Positions 14,280 to 27,562 of a DNA stretch of 64,000 nt are shown in pieces. The position numbers and the translations under genes were made by a program. How positions within the stretch are numbered: the first letter of the stretch is position 1; each line of letters begins with the position of its first letter. Origin of the DNA: Lytechinus pictus (Eukaryota); the NCBI RefSeq assembly GCF_037042905.1, contig NC_087250.1, positions 14,076,001 to 14,140,000 on the forward strand. The letters run 5' to 3'. The notes beneath the pieces are model-generated. The model did not search any database, was not told where the DNA came from, and saw nothing but the letters and a program-made list of their open reading frames with translations.

Positions 14280-14770
14280 TGACACAACGTTGGCAGCGTT
14301 GGAAAGTCGTTGAACAACAGACAATGGCACAACATTGGAAACTAGTGTGTTGGAGATTTGTTGGACAGCCAACAACGTCACAACGTTGGAAACGTGTTTG
14401 ATTGGATAGTTGTTGAACAGCCAACAAAGGCACAGCATTGACTACGTCGGAAACTAGTTCGATGGAGAGTTGCTGAACAACAGACAACGGATCAACGTTG
14501 GAAACTATTTTCTTGGAGATTTGTTGGACAGTGGACAATGGCACAACGTTGACGAAGTTGGAAACTAGTTTGATGGAGAGTTGTTGAACAACGGACAATG
14601 GCACAACGTGGACAGCGTAATTGGAATAGTTTATTGGAGAGTTGTTGACAGTTAACATTGACACAATGTTGGAAACTATAGTTTGTTGGATATTTGTTTG
14701 ACAGTCAACATAATATCCCGGCATAATATACACAGTGTTGAGAACGTTAGAAACTGGTTCATTGGAGAAT
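14280..14770. repeat. CAACGTTG-rich degenerate tandem array
   Basis: Repeated acaatggcacaacgttggaaactag...ttggagatttgttggacag units of roughly 55-65 bp. Confidence 0.75.
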
Positions 14771-15108
14771 TGATAATGATATACAGACGACTACTCGCAT
14801 AATTATTAATGGGGCCAAGGGGGGGGGGGGGGGTCGATCAAGTAAGTTTGCTTGTCTATCCATGTCACCCTTGGTATCCCCCAGCAATAAGGGGACAAGA
14901 AATCGAGAGAGAAGGAAAATAATGGGAAGGGAAAGAGGAACTATAACTAAGGGGAAACCAAAAATAAAGATGAGGTAAAATAGAGAGGCTGCATGCACTG
15001 GGGGATGCAAATGTGTCGATTAATATAGAAAATAAAGTAGAAAAACAAGAAAGCAAATGTAGTTTAAGACCAGAATTTCCAGAAACGCCCTTGTCCTTTG
15101 CAGCTGGC

Positions 15109-15259
15109 CAGTGGCGTACCTAGGATTTTCCACAGGGGGGGGGGGCAAATTCGTCCGCCAAAACTTTGACAAGCAAAAAAAAAAAAAAAAAAAAAGATCT
15201 TCAACAACAAATAAAGGATTTCGTACCAGAAACCCCGTACGTACATAGGTACGCAGCTG
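15109..15259. mobile_element. Short CAGTGGCGTACCTA-ended MITE
   Basis: CAGTGGCGTACCTAGG ... CATAGGTACGCAGCTG imperfect inverted ends with poly-G and poly-A inside. Confidence 0.6.
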
Positions 15260-17039
15260 GCTAGGCCCCTCACAGTAAGTATGAGATATATATAGGCCTA
15301 CCGTCAAATAACTAGAAGAAATTGAAGAAGAAAATACAAGCATCAAATGTGTCTATTTAAAAATACCATACTATTCTGATGCGCAGAATTAGTCGCGACG
15401 TCGGACTCCTTCTTCTGTGTAGTCTGTTTCCTTCAATTTTGAACTTGAAGAATCTGGCAGAATTTGGACTGGATATAGACAATTAAATTCCTAAATATCT
15501 AGTGATCTGGAACAGTACTTATAATCTGCATATTTAGGGCCTACAATCTAAAGTAGAATTTTCTTTGCACTTGCAGATAATCGGTAACGGCAACCGTTGA
15601 TCCCCCTCCGGAAGATCCCGGAGTCAGCTTCTATGCGCGTACAGTCCGACGCTAGTATTTTCGTGTAAGTACTTCACACCAGTCACTGCACAGTATAACG
15701 TACTAACTAAACTCGTACTTGTGTGAGTGACTAATACTAACCTCGCAATACGTGTGAGTGGGAACGAGTATGCGATACCAAGGGCAAGGCAACAGTCATT
15801 GGGTGATTTCAATAATTTCAAGTACAGTGTTGAAATCTGGTGTTGGTGTTGTGGCGACACCGTACTTGATCTTGAATCAGACTGGTGCATGGTGTTGAGA
15901 TTGACCTCGGAAAATATGGTTTATTTCCGGCAGTTTGTGTTGAAGGCTGGTGTTGATTGTCATCTGCTGAACCCAACACTGCACTACGGCTGCATGGTGT
16001 TGATGATCTACGTGCAATTTCCCCAATCAACAACACCGACCCCCAGGGATTGGGAGAATCGTGATTTAAATTAAAGTTTAGTGTTGGTGTTGATGAACTG
16101 TAGCTCACGAACAGGGGGCGAACACGACGAACCATCTCCGTAAAATTATCTTTTACATTTAAGATGAGAGCGAATCATTAGAGTTTTAATACATTTCAAT
16201 GAAAAATAATATTACGCTTGGTGTTGGAGCTCAGTTCAGCAGCCCTTTCGCGCTCTCAACACCGTACACCGTACTTGAAATCACCCAATAACTTGCTACC
16301 TGGCATTCCTGCCTTATTTATTATACGCTGCCTTGAATTGACCTGGTCGGTCCTGCCTGGCCTAGCCTGGACCGAGTGTTTTCCAACTGCAGTCAAACCT
16401 GTAGTTGCTACGTGAGACATGCTTACACTTGACGCTGAAATATCATTTAAGAGTTATGGCACGAGCGAGACTAGGCCATGGCCATGCATATTGAGATGTC
16501 AGTTGACTTCTATCTTAATAAAAAAGAGGCGCTCTTTAGTTACAGTAGGCAGTAGCTACGTTACTCTGAGTGAGGCCAAGTTTACGCGACCTCCTTTTTA
16601 GATTTTGTTAATACTGAGAGACTGCAATAATGCAATTACACAGGTGAGTTTTTGTGATGATTACTGACGTTGCAATTCGCATTGCATACCGAGTCATTAA
16701 AAAATTGTAGACAGAAACAGAGATTGCAACTCGCAAGAAAATGTAATACATCTTAATTGCTATTACATAATTTATGCATATGTTTTTTTTGGTATTAGTC
16801 TTGTTTGAGAAAAAGAGGATGTCAAAATGTTCGAATGCTACAAAGGCCATAATAAATATCACACGTAATTCTCTTGATTCCTCTTAATTATGTGAAGAGA
16901 CTTGTAACAGAAAGAATGAAAAGAAATGAATAGCTGTAATAATAGTTGTAATGTTTTTTGACAGAATCATGAACAGGTTACAGATGCTGATGGCACAGTG
17001 TTGGAAACTGTTTGATGGAGATGGCGCATCGTTGGATTT

Positions 17040-18229
17040 GTTTAAAATTAGACCAACAAAGAATCAACGTGACAACAACATTTAACCGATATTAGACAAA
17101 GTAACATTGAATCAGCGTTTACTCCAACGTTGGACTAACATTGGACTAAAGTTGAATCAACTTTCTATCAACATTGGACCAACGTTAGACCAACGTTGGA
17201 TCAACGTCACCCAACGTTGGACCAACGCTGCCATACCTGCCTCATCTGGACATAATGATTATGCACTCATGAATATTCATTACATCAGTAAAAGAAAAAA
17301 AAAAAAAGGTAATATTGCTATAATAATTAGAGTATTTATGTTTATTCAATATTTCCACCATGAAAAGTTTCAGAAAAGTATGTGCCTCCATTACCATGTC
17401 ATTTATAATCAAAATTATTCTAAGTGAAATTTTCAAGGTTAAGTGTGGAAAATTTTATTGACTGCATTCTGCCAAGTATAGCAAAGTTGCTCTATATATA
17501 GGAGTCAATGACAGGATTAAGTGGATAGGTGTAGGATGATAGGAATATGATTAGGATGTAGGATTTTAGGATAGGATAAGACATGAGGATAAATATTAGA
17601 GTGTAGAGATGTAATGGTGGACTTCACCTTGAAACCAATTATTGTTTTGTTAACTACTGCCATACGTTGGAATAACGTTGGAGCAATGTTGGAGCAACGT
17701 TGTGACAACGTTGTAACAATGTTGGAGCAATGTTGCCAGACAACGTTGGAGCATTGTTGCTGGACAGCGTTTAACCAACGTTGTAAACATAGTTAGACTG
17801 ACGATGTATGCACGTGCACGTCCATCGCTGCTTCAACGTTGCCCATCAACGTTGCAGCAACGCTGTTATTGATGACTCAGCCGACATTATACCAACGTTG
17901 TCCAGCATTGATGGTGGACAACGTTGAACTGACGTTGGAAATGTTGTTGGTCTGACGATGTATGGACGTGCACTTCTATCGATGATGCAACGTTGCTTAC
18001 CAACGTTGTAGCAATGTTGTATTTGACTAGTTAGCCAACATTGGATCAACGTTGCCAGACAACGTTGGAACATTGTTGCTGGACAACGTTGAACTGACGT
18101 TGGAAATGTTGTTGGTCTGACGATGTATGCGCGTGCACTTCTATCGATGATGCAACGTTCGCCTGCCAACGTTGAGGCAACGTTGGGAAACGTTGATCCA
18201 ACGTTTGTCCAACGCTGTATTGTTACCTG
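17040..18229. repeat. CAACGTTG-rich subterminal arrays of an element ending in CTGGG
   Basis: Dense CAACGTTG palindromes at 17060-17230 and 17660-18215, a near-exact internal duplication (about 17915 versus 18080), and the terminus ttacctggg at 18229. Confidence 0.65.
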
Positions 18230-18495
18230 GGTCGAGTCAAGGGGAAGCTCCACTCCAGCATTCCCTCACTGCACAGCGGAGATCGATAATCGACGCATAG
18301 TGGAATCGCATGAAATATTACATTTTTTCCATATCCTGTGGGTAGATTTACAAAAACATCTCGTCCTTTCAGAGCAGATTTAATTTCATCGACTTGCAAA
18401 TCCTTACATCGGTCAATATTCAGCATTTTAGAGGCATATTCAATGCTCTTTGATATTTCGTCGTCACTCTTCGCCAAGAATCCTCGGGTCGCCAT
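18230..18495 (-). pseudogene. Truncated N-terminus of a RecQ-like SF2 helicase, probably transposon-encoded (AcademH-type)
   Basis: The ORF has a Q-motif-like KDLQ..IK.ALKGRDVFVNLPTGYGK (Walker A/motif I) followed by IFHAIP. The following S of GKS is replaced by N, and the ORF is cut at the CTGGG-ended repeat. Confidence 0.75.
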
Positions 18496-18635
18496 TCAAG
18501 ATGAGCTCATGAATCATCAATATGACGTCATAGCGGCCCGCGCTCTCATTGGAAGATTTTCACCGACCAGTATTTGGTCGGAATATAGGTGAAAACAATT
18601 AAAAACAAAAGAAAGTCGGTGAAATTCGGCCCAGA

Positions 18636-18733
18636 TGTCAAGAGGCCCTGTCTCGCGGCGCTCTGCTTCGCTCTCTCCCTTGCTTAGCCATGTTTGCTCG
18701 GAAAGCAGCCGACAGGGCCTCGACAAGAGGCTA
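18636..18733 (-). mobile_element. Academ-like terminus with subterminal hairpin
   Basis: The minus strand begins TAGCCTCTTGTCGAGGCCCTGTC and about 60 nt later has the inverted GACAGGGCCTCTTGACA. It lies about 240 bp upstream of the helicase ATG. Confidence 0.5.
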
Positions 18734-19705
18734 TATCGGGTCCGGTCTGAGCGTTTCTGGGCGACCGCGCGTTTGTTTGCCGACACAGCCAGCAGGCATT
18801 GCTGAACCACTTTCAATTTGCCATTCGGTTTTAGTCTGAAATGTATTCATTAAAAGGATAAACGTTATCACACTGTAATAAGATGGAAAAGGGGCTTATC
18901 AAAGGTATGTTTCACAGAGTTACATGTTTTTCAAAAGACGGGAGGTTTACTATGATATGTAATTGCCCCGTCAGGGGCGATTTTTTTTTCATTTTTGACA
19001 ATGGAAATGGCAATTTTTAGGCAGAAAAGTGCCTTCATCGTTTACTCTTGTCCTTAAATAATTTATAATTTTTCTACTTTTAGGGGGGCACGTCGGGGGG
19101 GGGGGGGGGGACAGATTCTCGTTTTGCCCCCCATACATTTTTTTTTTTGGGGGGGGGCAAGTGCCCCCCTGCCCCCCCCCCCGCTTCCGGCGCCCTTTCA
19201 CCGGTTTTCCGCAGAAGCTATCGCACGTTTAACAAAAGACATAATGCATGGATGATCGTCAACAAAACGGAGTGTCGAGTGAGTCTGAATGCTAGCCTGT
19301 AAAACCTCTTCATTTTATGAAAATATTGAAATTCAAGCCTTATTTCAAATAACCAAGACTTTGTTATTTCCTTACCATTTTCTGTAATTGAGCTATCAAA
19401 TTAAAGAGCAGATATTGAACTTTTTAGAAACGTAGTTTTCTTTTTGAAACCCAGATAAAGCTCGCCAAGTGACTTTTTGGTTTCTCCTCTTCAAATTGTA
19501 TTTGCTCACTCATGCGTGAATAAGAAATCATCTAGGTAATTTCAGATGAAAGAGGAGATTCTGGCTTTACAATGGTAGGTCAATTGTCTATTGTATCTTT
19601 GATTAAGTTATGACAAATCATCAATAAATCTCGGTTTCGTTTTTTGTGGGACGCACTGTATAGGCCCATGGTATCAAAGGAGAAAAATTCTATAGGGCTC
19701 ATTAC

Positions 19706-19810
19706 CTCATCTTTCTTGATCTTGACAGCCTTGTTGGGGTCTTCCTTGGAGTAGAACCGGACTTTATCCACAGGGTTTTGGTTGCCCATTCCATAGTCCA
19801 TCTTCACCAC
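19706..19810 (-). CDS. SAMHD1: SAMHD1-like internal coding exon (105 nt; VVKMDYGMGNQNPVDKVRFYSKEDPNKAVKIKKDE)
   Basis: AG acceptor at 19812-19811 and donor gtaatg from 19705. The peptide matches the conserved C-terminal SAMHD1 motif V..MDYGM...NP.D.V.FY.K..PN.A..I, recalled from human [35 protein letters not shown]. Confidence 0.88.
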
Positions 19811-19887
19811 CTAATATGACAATGATAATCATAATTATAGAAAAATTAATTGCTGCAACTTTAATGGTGTAGCCAGTGGAAAACCCC

Positions 19888-20200
19888 GGCTCGTATTCTG
19901 ATAGCAGGTTTAACTTAAACTCAGGTTTAAAGTCGTGGTTTAAGTATGTATAGCCAATTGTTACATAAATCACTAACAGTAGAGATATAATACTTCAGCT
20001 CACTTGGCTCTCAAATCATTCCTGATTGTGTAGGAAGTATAAATAGATTATTGTCTTCACTATCGATGAATCAGGAAAGAGCACAGTAAACACAAGAAAC
20101 ATACAACTTAATAAAAATTTTGATACTTTTGGCTTCCCATACTTAAACTAAAACTTTAAACCTGAGTTTAAGTTAAACCTGACTTCAGAATACGGGCCCC
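19888..20200. mobile_element. Harbinger-like MITE in the intron between the SAMHD1-like exons
   Basis: GGCTCGTATTCTGATAGCAGGTTTAACTTAAACTCAGGTTTAAAGT ... ACTTTAAACCTGAGTTTAAGTTAAACCTGACTTCAGAATACGGGCC inverted ends. Confidence 0.8.
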
Positions 20201-20658
20201 CGAGGCTAAATGTGAAATCTACCAATCAAAAGCATAAACAAAGCACAACAATGCAAGCTTATTCACTGCTTGCAAGCTGATTGTTTGCCTAAGAAAAACT
20301 AAATTAGCTGGTTTAAAAAAATAGGCATGAAGCTGGCATCGTGTGGTTAAAAAAAAACAGGCATAAACCTGGCAATCATGATATGTAGCCTATAGCTCTT
20401 TGATTGGTGTCTGATTTGTCAGTTTTACCTTTCGCATGGATCACGGATTTTAATGGAAATACATTTGAAACCATGAAAGAAATGAATATACAAATATTGG
20501 TACATGTATAATTGCAACATAAGTATTATATTTACACCATTAGTAGTGTACAAAACTTCAGTTTTACCTACAAATTGATTTAAATGGAAACATAATTGAA
20601 AGCATGAATGTTTTGGAGCTAAAATTCATAATGGTACAGAATCACATTAAGTATTTAC

Positions 20659-20754
20659 ATGAACCACCAGGTCATCTGGATGAAGCTGGGGCCCTTCCGG
20701 TTCATCAATCTCTGACACTGCCCTGCAAATCTCTTCGCTTAGATCCAGATCTGA
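20659..20754 (-). CDS. SAMHD1: SAMHD1-like dNTP triphosphohydrolase, internal coding exon (96 nt; SDLDLSEEICRAVSEIDEPEGPQLHPDDLVVH)
   Basis: On the minus strand it is flanked by a T-rich acceptor (ttttttggtcgtttag) and donor gtaaat, is phase 0/0 and stop-free, and splices in frame to the next exon. Its end (LHPDDLVVH) resembles the L..EDFIVD segment that precedes VINMDYG in vertebrate SAMHD1. Confidence 0.75.
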
Positions 20755-22743
20755 CTAAACGACCAAAAAACACATTTCATGAGTATTTAATAAAATAGCA
20801 CCCCAAATGTTTCATATAAGTGATCTTTCTCGTACATATTGTTCCAAAAGGAAGTTCTAAAGTAATTGACAAATCTCTGAAATCGTTTCGGGGTGTTGAA
20901 TGCGATGTTACATGTATATAATTATGTCACAATATACAGAGTAAAAGGAGCATTTTATAAATTGTATTGTGATTGTCATTGATTTCTGCTGAAAAATTTG
21001 CTCTTAGCCAATCACATGTAACAATCTTTGTAAATATTTTGTCTGTGAAAAGATTTCCCTAGATATTTTTATGTAATCAATTTATGCAATAGTAGCGAAG
21101 GAATATCACAAATATTATTATTATTAGGGCGATTCCACGGTCAGTCGCAATTACACTTTTACGTGTCTTCTAATACTTGGTGCTGTCAGATTTAAAGGGG
21201 AGAGTCTTTCTCTCAAGTTTATATTGTCAATTTATGAGGTTTTAAAATAATACATACAGAAAGGTTGTATGCTGTACATTATGGACGCCATGACGTCCCA
21301 AATATCGGTCACTCGCATTTCAGAAAAAGGTCATGGAAAAGGGGTGACTGATTACTTTTTAATAGTTCCTTCAAATCAAATCACTTTAACAAATTTCAAT
21401 ACCTGCACGCATGACTTACATGAATATCTCAAATGAGACATCTGAATTTGGGACATGTAAACAAAGGACATGTAAACAAAATTTATTTCGGAGGCGAGTT
21501 TTAACCAGTAAGCCTTTGGTGGAGAGTTAAGTTCGGGCTGAAGGCTAAAAAGTGCATGTCGCAAGGAATAATTTTACATGTTTTCTCAGCTCTATTAGAA
21601 AATATAAGTACAGAGAAAATACTTAATCATAGCTTCATGAAGGATAAAGGCATCTGAATGTTCCATGAAATATACCCCCTCCCAAAAAAAATACTCTGAC
21701 CGTTGTTTTAAAACAAATACACCTCTTGGAGATGTGTCACCACAGATCTACGGAAACCAACGTTACCGCTTTTATTCTGCATATTCGCGCTATTAAACTG
21801 AGAACTACACATTTACATTGCTTTACTAACCAAAAGGGGTCTATATATATGTTTAATAATGTTTCATTATTCATCGTCAAACGTACACGAAGTAGCGAGA
21901 TTAGAAAAGGGTAGATTTAAGAGGTGTAACATACGTTACCACATAACTAAGAGGTATGAAGAGACACAGCTCTGAAGCATTCTTCTAGAATTGAGAATAA
22001 CGGGGTAAAACCTCACTTCTCATGGGGGTCTAAAGATTCATTAAATATTTTGTTAACCATTTCAATCCATAAATGTAACATACGTTACCATACAATTTGA
22101 AGAATCAGAATAAATCATTAACTGAATAAAAATAAACTTAGTTCAGGTCCATTGAAAAGTTGTGCATAACATCAACATGATCAAATAGTTTTAAGACGTG
22201 GAGAACCATCTAACACTTTTTTTATAGCCACTTTGATGCCGCAATGATAAAATATGTTTCACATGTGTTTCATTGCATATTTCTTGCAGATTGTAGACAA
22301 AAGATTCCGCCTAACTACCCTTACAGGCGAATTACAAAAGGAAACATACTTTTGTAATGATAATTAATTTACGCCGCTTCTGGTCGGATAACATGAGCAG
22401 ACACTTTGCTCACTTTTACAGGGGAGAGTAAAAATAGATGTTGCAATATTTCTCGAAATATGATTTGAAATTAAAATTAAAAACCTTAGCTATTAAACCC
22501 CTTGCAAGAGAACGAATAACAATAATAATAATAACTAGAACTGCAATCGTATCAGAACGATGTGCATGCATGGACGCATGTATACCAATTCGGAATGAAT
22601 TTGGATGAGGAATGGAGGCAAGGGAGGAATAACAAAAATTACATGTTAATCAAATTGGATTTTGGCAGATTTTGCCTTCCATAGGAAGTTAAATTCTCGA
22701 GTCAAACAGATTCCGTCCATTTTCAGACCATTGGCCACTCAAC

Positions 22744-22777
<34 letters not shown>

Positions 22778-23769
22778 AGACAAAGAGAGAGTGATAGGAA
22801 TAAGCGTACAAACTTCCCTGACAATTCATTAACGTAACTCAGTGTAAACATATCAGAACGATGTGAATGCATAATACCTTAAGTTCGTTTTTGCGTGAAA
22901 CCGATGCCATAGACATTTTGTACAATTCTGTTGTTGATAATGTGTGCATTGTGAGTAGTATACCATGTGTTCAGATTGGCTTATCTTGAAATTTTCTGTT
23001 GTAACCTATGTCGTATTTGGTATCACTGGAAAGAGCATTCCAACGCGGTGACATTGATACCACTTTTATTTGTGCGCAAGCAATACCGGAAGTAAATGCC
23101 GTATGCCGTTGAAGTATATATCAATACTCATATATGCCAAGTTAGAAAGAATAAGCTTCAATAATAAGGAAATAAGAGCAAGTTGAAGTTGCGCTGGCAT
23201 TTTCGTGCATTTTTTCGTATTTTGCTGATTTTCGGGAGCATTTTTCAGATATTTTGTCAGTGGTAAGGTATATATTTTTCTAAAAGGCTTGAAAGGGCAT
23301 ATCTTGAAGACCATAATTTGAATTTAGGGCATGAAGACGGCATTTTGAAGGTCAGGTTATACGTCACAGATCATGGAGCAACTGTTTGACTATCTATAGC
23401 AATTTGTTAGAAGTCTGTAGCATGCAGGATACGGGGGTTTGGACGGGATTAGGAATGGTATGCAAATGGACTTGAAATTTATAAAATGGCGCCTGCACGG
23501 TCATGCATGAGTGATTTCGGAAAATGAAATAAAAGGTGCACAACTAGTGTTGCTGGAGACAATGCCTGCCAAATTTGGATGAATTTGGATGAGGGACGTG
23601 GCCTTGGCAGAGAAAAACTCTATGTGTTAAGTGAATAGGGTTTTTGGCAGAAAAAGAAGAAGACTAGAACTGCAATCGTTCCAGAACGATGTGCATGCAT
23701 TGACGCCTGTGATTTAATAGAGGGCAAGAAACAGAAGGATATAGAGAGTAAACTCTAGATGATATACAT

Positions 23770-24700
23770 TCTCAAAATATTAGAGGGCGCTATTTCTTAA
23801 AGGAATGGTCACTGATGCGTAATACACAGTTGGATTATGTGAAATGATACAATTGGCAAAGCCTGAAAATATGAGATCAAAATAATTGAAAACAAAGAAG
23901 TTATGGCCATTTTGAATTTCTTTAGTTTGCAAAAAGAGGGCGCTATTTCTAAATGCAATGGTCACTGATGCGTAAAAAGCGTATGGATCATGAAGGATGA
24001 TATTATTAGCCCGCCCTGAAAATATAAGACCGAAATGAATGATAACAACAAAGTTATTGTAATTAAACTATTTGTTGACTTTTCAATAGAGGTCGCTTTT
24101 TCTAAAGATAATGGTCACTGATGCGGAACTAACCTGTGAATTATGAAGGATGTTACCATAGGCAAACCCTGTAAATATTAGACCAAAAGGAATGAAAACA
24201 AGGAAATTATGGCCATTTTACTATTTTGAATTTTTCAATAGAGGGCGCTATTTTTAAAGTTAATAGTCACCGATGCGTAAAATACCAAGAAATTAGAAAA
24301 CATGTTACCATTAGCAAACTCTGAAAATATAGGACTAAAATAAATAAAAACAAGTAAATTATGGCCATTTTACTATTTTGCACTTTTCAATAGAGGGCGC
24401 TTTTTCTTAAGGTAATTATCACTGATGCGTAAAAAATCGTTCGAATTATGAGAAATGATATCAAAGGCAAATCCTGAAGATATGAGACCAAACTGATTGA
24501 AAACAAGGAAGTTAAGGCCATTTTAATATTTCTTTAGTTTACAATAGAGGGCGCTATTTCTAAATATAATGGTCACTTATGCGTAAAAAGCATATGGATT
24601 ATGAGAAATAATATCATAAGCCAGCCCTGAAAATATAAGACCGAAATGAATGATAACAACAAAGTTATTGTCATTTTACGATTTGTTGACTTTGCAATAA
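23770..24700. repeat. ~153-bp tandem repeat, 6 units
   Basis: AGAGG(G/T)CGCT(A/T)TTT...GGTCACTGATGCG at about 23782, 23935, 24088, 24240, 24392 and 24546. Confidence 0.9.
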
Positions 24701-25630
24701 CCAGGTTAGTATTTTAAATGATTGTTTAGAAGAATGTCTATCAGCTTGATTTCTTCTATTCAATATTACAATGAAAAAGATTCCTTCATATGATCAGATA
24801 TGTTCAACACACCGTACAGTCACCCTGAATAACCCTCAGTATGAGAACGAAAAAAAAAAATCCATTGATATTTAGTGTAATGACAATAAAATAATTTTAT
24901 TTTTGGATCCTCTAAAAATACTTATTTAAAAATATGACCCATCCCTCAGACCACACAAATAGTTTTTTTTAAATATATTTTTACGTACGTTTTCGACAAT
25001 CCTTAATCTGTTAATGTTTTTTATTCTTGTTATTCTCTTTTTTTTTCGTTATTTTATTTGACAGCCGGTAAGTATACACCTTCATGTATTTATATTTTAA
25101 TCTATTTCGACTATTATTTTAGAGGAATATCTATAAACTTGATCTGTATCTATTAAATATAACGATGAAAATGTTTAATTCATGAAATCAGCTATGCTTA
25201 ATACAAACTACAGTAACGTTGATTAAACCACAGTACAAGTACGAACAAATATCCATTGATATTTAGTGTAATGACAATAATACATTTTTTGGATCCTCTA
25301 AAATTACTTATTACAAATCTAACTCATACCTAAAACCACACAAACAGTTCCAAGTAAGTTTTTAAGTACGTTTTCGAAAATTGTCCTGAATGTTTTCATA
25401 TTCCTGTAATTATTTATCTTTTTCCTCATCTAGATTGACAGCCGTGAGCATTCATATTTTAATTTATTTTGGACTATTCTTTAGATGAATGCATATAGGC
25501 TTGATTCCTGTCTATTTAATATAGCAATGAAAAATGTCATTTAAAAAAATTTAGATATATTAAACACAACGTACAGTATCTTTAATTAACCAACAGTATA
25601 AGTACGAAAAATCCATGATATCAAGTGTAA
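24700..25630. repeat. ~390-bp diverged tandem repeat, about 2.4 units
   Basis: ATCCATTGATATTTAGTGTAATGACAATAA at about 24860 and 25251, with a partial copy at 25611. Confidence 0.7.
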
Positions 25631-27169
25631 AAATTTGTTGAATTGTGAAGGATGAAAATATGAGCTCGAAATGAATAAAAACAAGGAAGTTATGACTATT
25701 TTACGATTTTCCTAATTTGCATTTCAATAAATATGAACATTTTGAACGCAGACTATCTTGGATTTGAATTTAGGGCATAAAGATTTCATTTTGAAGGTCA
25801 GGTTATACGTCGCAGATGATGGAGCAACTTTTGACTATCAATAGCAATTTTTTAGAAGTATGTAGCATGCAGGATGCGGGAGTTAGGACGAGATTAGTAA
25901 TGGTATGCAATGGACTTGACATTTACAAAATGGCACCTGGATGGTCACGCATGAGTGATTTTGGAAAACGGAAGACAAGGGGCACAACTAGGGATGATGG
26001 ACAACATGTCCACCAAGTTTGGATGAATTTGGATGAGGGACAGAGCCAGGGCAGAGCTAACAAAAACCATGTGTTAAACAAATGGGATTTTGTGGAAGAA
26101 GAAGAAGAAGAAGACGACGGAATAGAAATACGGAACAACAACAGAACATTGTCGCCTATGGGCGTCAATGCAAAGATTGCGGAATAGGAATACGGAACAA
26201 CAACAATGCATTGTCGCCATTAATGGCGTCAATGCAAAGATTGCGGAATAGGAATACGGAACAACAACGAGCACTTTTAGAAATGTACGTCCACATAGTG
26301 GACTGGTATGAGATGACGTCATTTTTTGGCGTTCCATATGCCTCAGGTCCTCACACACGTCCACTATCAGAATCGATAACCTCGCCACATCCATTTTGCG
26401 GTTCTCCTAAATAATAGACGACGTGCACGTGAGTGACGTCATTTTAACCGCTCAAGCCCAGCATGAAGATCAACTTTTCCCTTTTAAAACACAGTTTTCA
26501 GTGACTTTTCACAAAATTAATGTAAGTTGTACGATGCATTCTGTTCATCATATTTGAAATTGCTTTCTGATCTCCAAAATGTACATCGATATATATCCTA
26601 ACTCGCGTAAAAAGGAATCAAAGCAAGTGAAAGGGCACATGTGCACCAGTTACACCTTTGCATCACCCGACTGGGTCGCCAGGCGATGGTGCGCCAGATC
26701 TTCCGGGTCGGGCAGCGTGTCATGACCCGCTGGTTATCGCGCTGTTTCATGTGGACGTACGTACACGTACAAGTCGAGTGAAATCTTAAATATTCGCATC
26801 TGTAGTGAACAAGGGCAGACGACGACGTTGACTCGAACGATCAGATGACTGCTACGTCGTTCACGTTCACTGCATTGTCGTCATTGATGGCGTCAATGCA
26901 ATAATAACTAAAACTATCGTATTCGAACGATCATGCATTGACGCCTGTGATTTCTCAGGTTTTGCAATCAATAAGCAATTAAGTGATAACAATCCCAGAA
27001 AATATGAGATGCAGATGAATAGAAACAAGAAAGTTATGGCAATTGTATTTCAAATGGTTAATTTTGGCCCTTTTCGCCGCCAATACATATATGTAAGTCA
27101 GCGCTGGTAGGTCGGTTGGCGCGGCGCGGCTGATGCTGTGTATACTGTGTACATAAACCTCTCAAAAAA

Positions 27170-27562
27170 AGCTTGGAAGTCTGTGTTTGGCCATTAATTT
27201 CTCCCTACTCCCAATTTTAAACAATGCATATTTTACATCATTCGAAAGATAATTTAATTCTCTTTAAAATGATACCATGCTGGTTATGATCATGTCATCA
27301 CGAAAAGAGCAGGATTCAAATGTGTTGGATGAGGTCTGAATTGAAAAGCTGCAAAACGAGCAAAAAGGGTTTGGAAATCTGAGTTTGACCATTCCTTTCT
27401 CCCAACTCCCAATATTGCACAATGCATATTTGATATCATTCAAAAGACCATTTAATTCTCTTTAAGATGATACCATGCTTATTATGATCATGCCATCACG
27501 AAAAGAGCAGGATTCAAAAGTGTTGGATGAGGTCTGAATCGAAAAGCTGCAAAACGAGCAGA
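27170..27562. repeat. ~198-bp tandem duplication
   Basis: tttaattctcttta..atgataccatgct..ttatgatcatg..atcacgaaaagagcaggattcaaa...gaaaagctgcaaaacgagca occurs twice. Confidence 0.85.

Larger units (their letters stand above)
13996..19196. mobile_element. 5.2-kb composite non-autonomous element with 8-bp TSD (hAT-like)
   Basis: TTCACCGG is duplicated at 13988-13995 and 19197-19204, while the empty site in the sibling at about 62577 has one copy. Imperfect ends CAGGCGCGCCGAAAC ... GCTTCCGGCGCCCT. Confidence 0.8.
13632..19658. mobile_element. Tc1/mariner-type MITE interrupted by a 5.2-kb insertion
   Basis: TA|CAGTGCGTCCCACAAAAAACGAAACCGAGATTT ... AAATCTCGGTTTCGTTTTTTGTGGGACGCACTG|TA. A sibling without the insert lies at 62222-62880. 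Confidence 0.9.

Noticed and set aside
14217..14733. 169-aa repeat protein-like ORF (also 17846-18253)
   Set aside because: Translation of CAACGTTG tandem arrays, with no splice or domain evidence.
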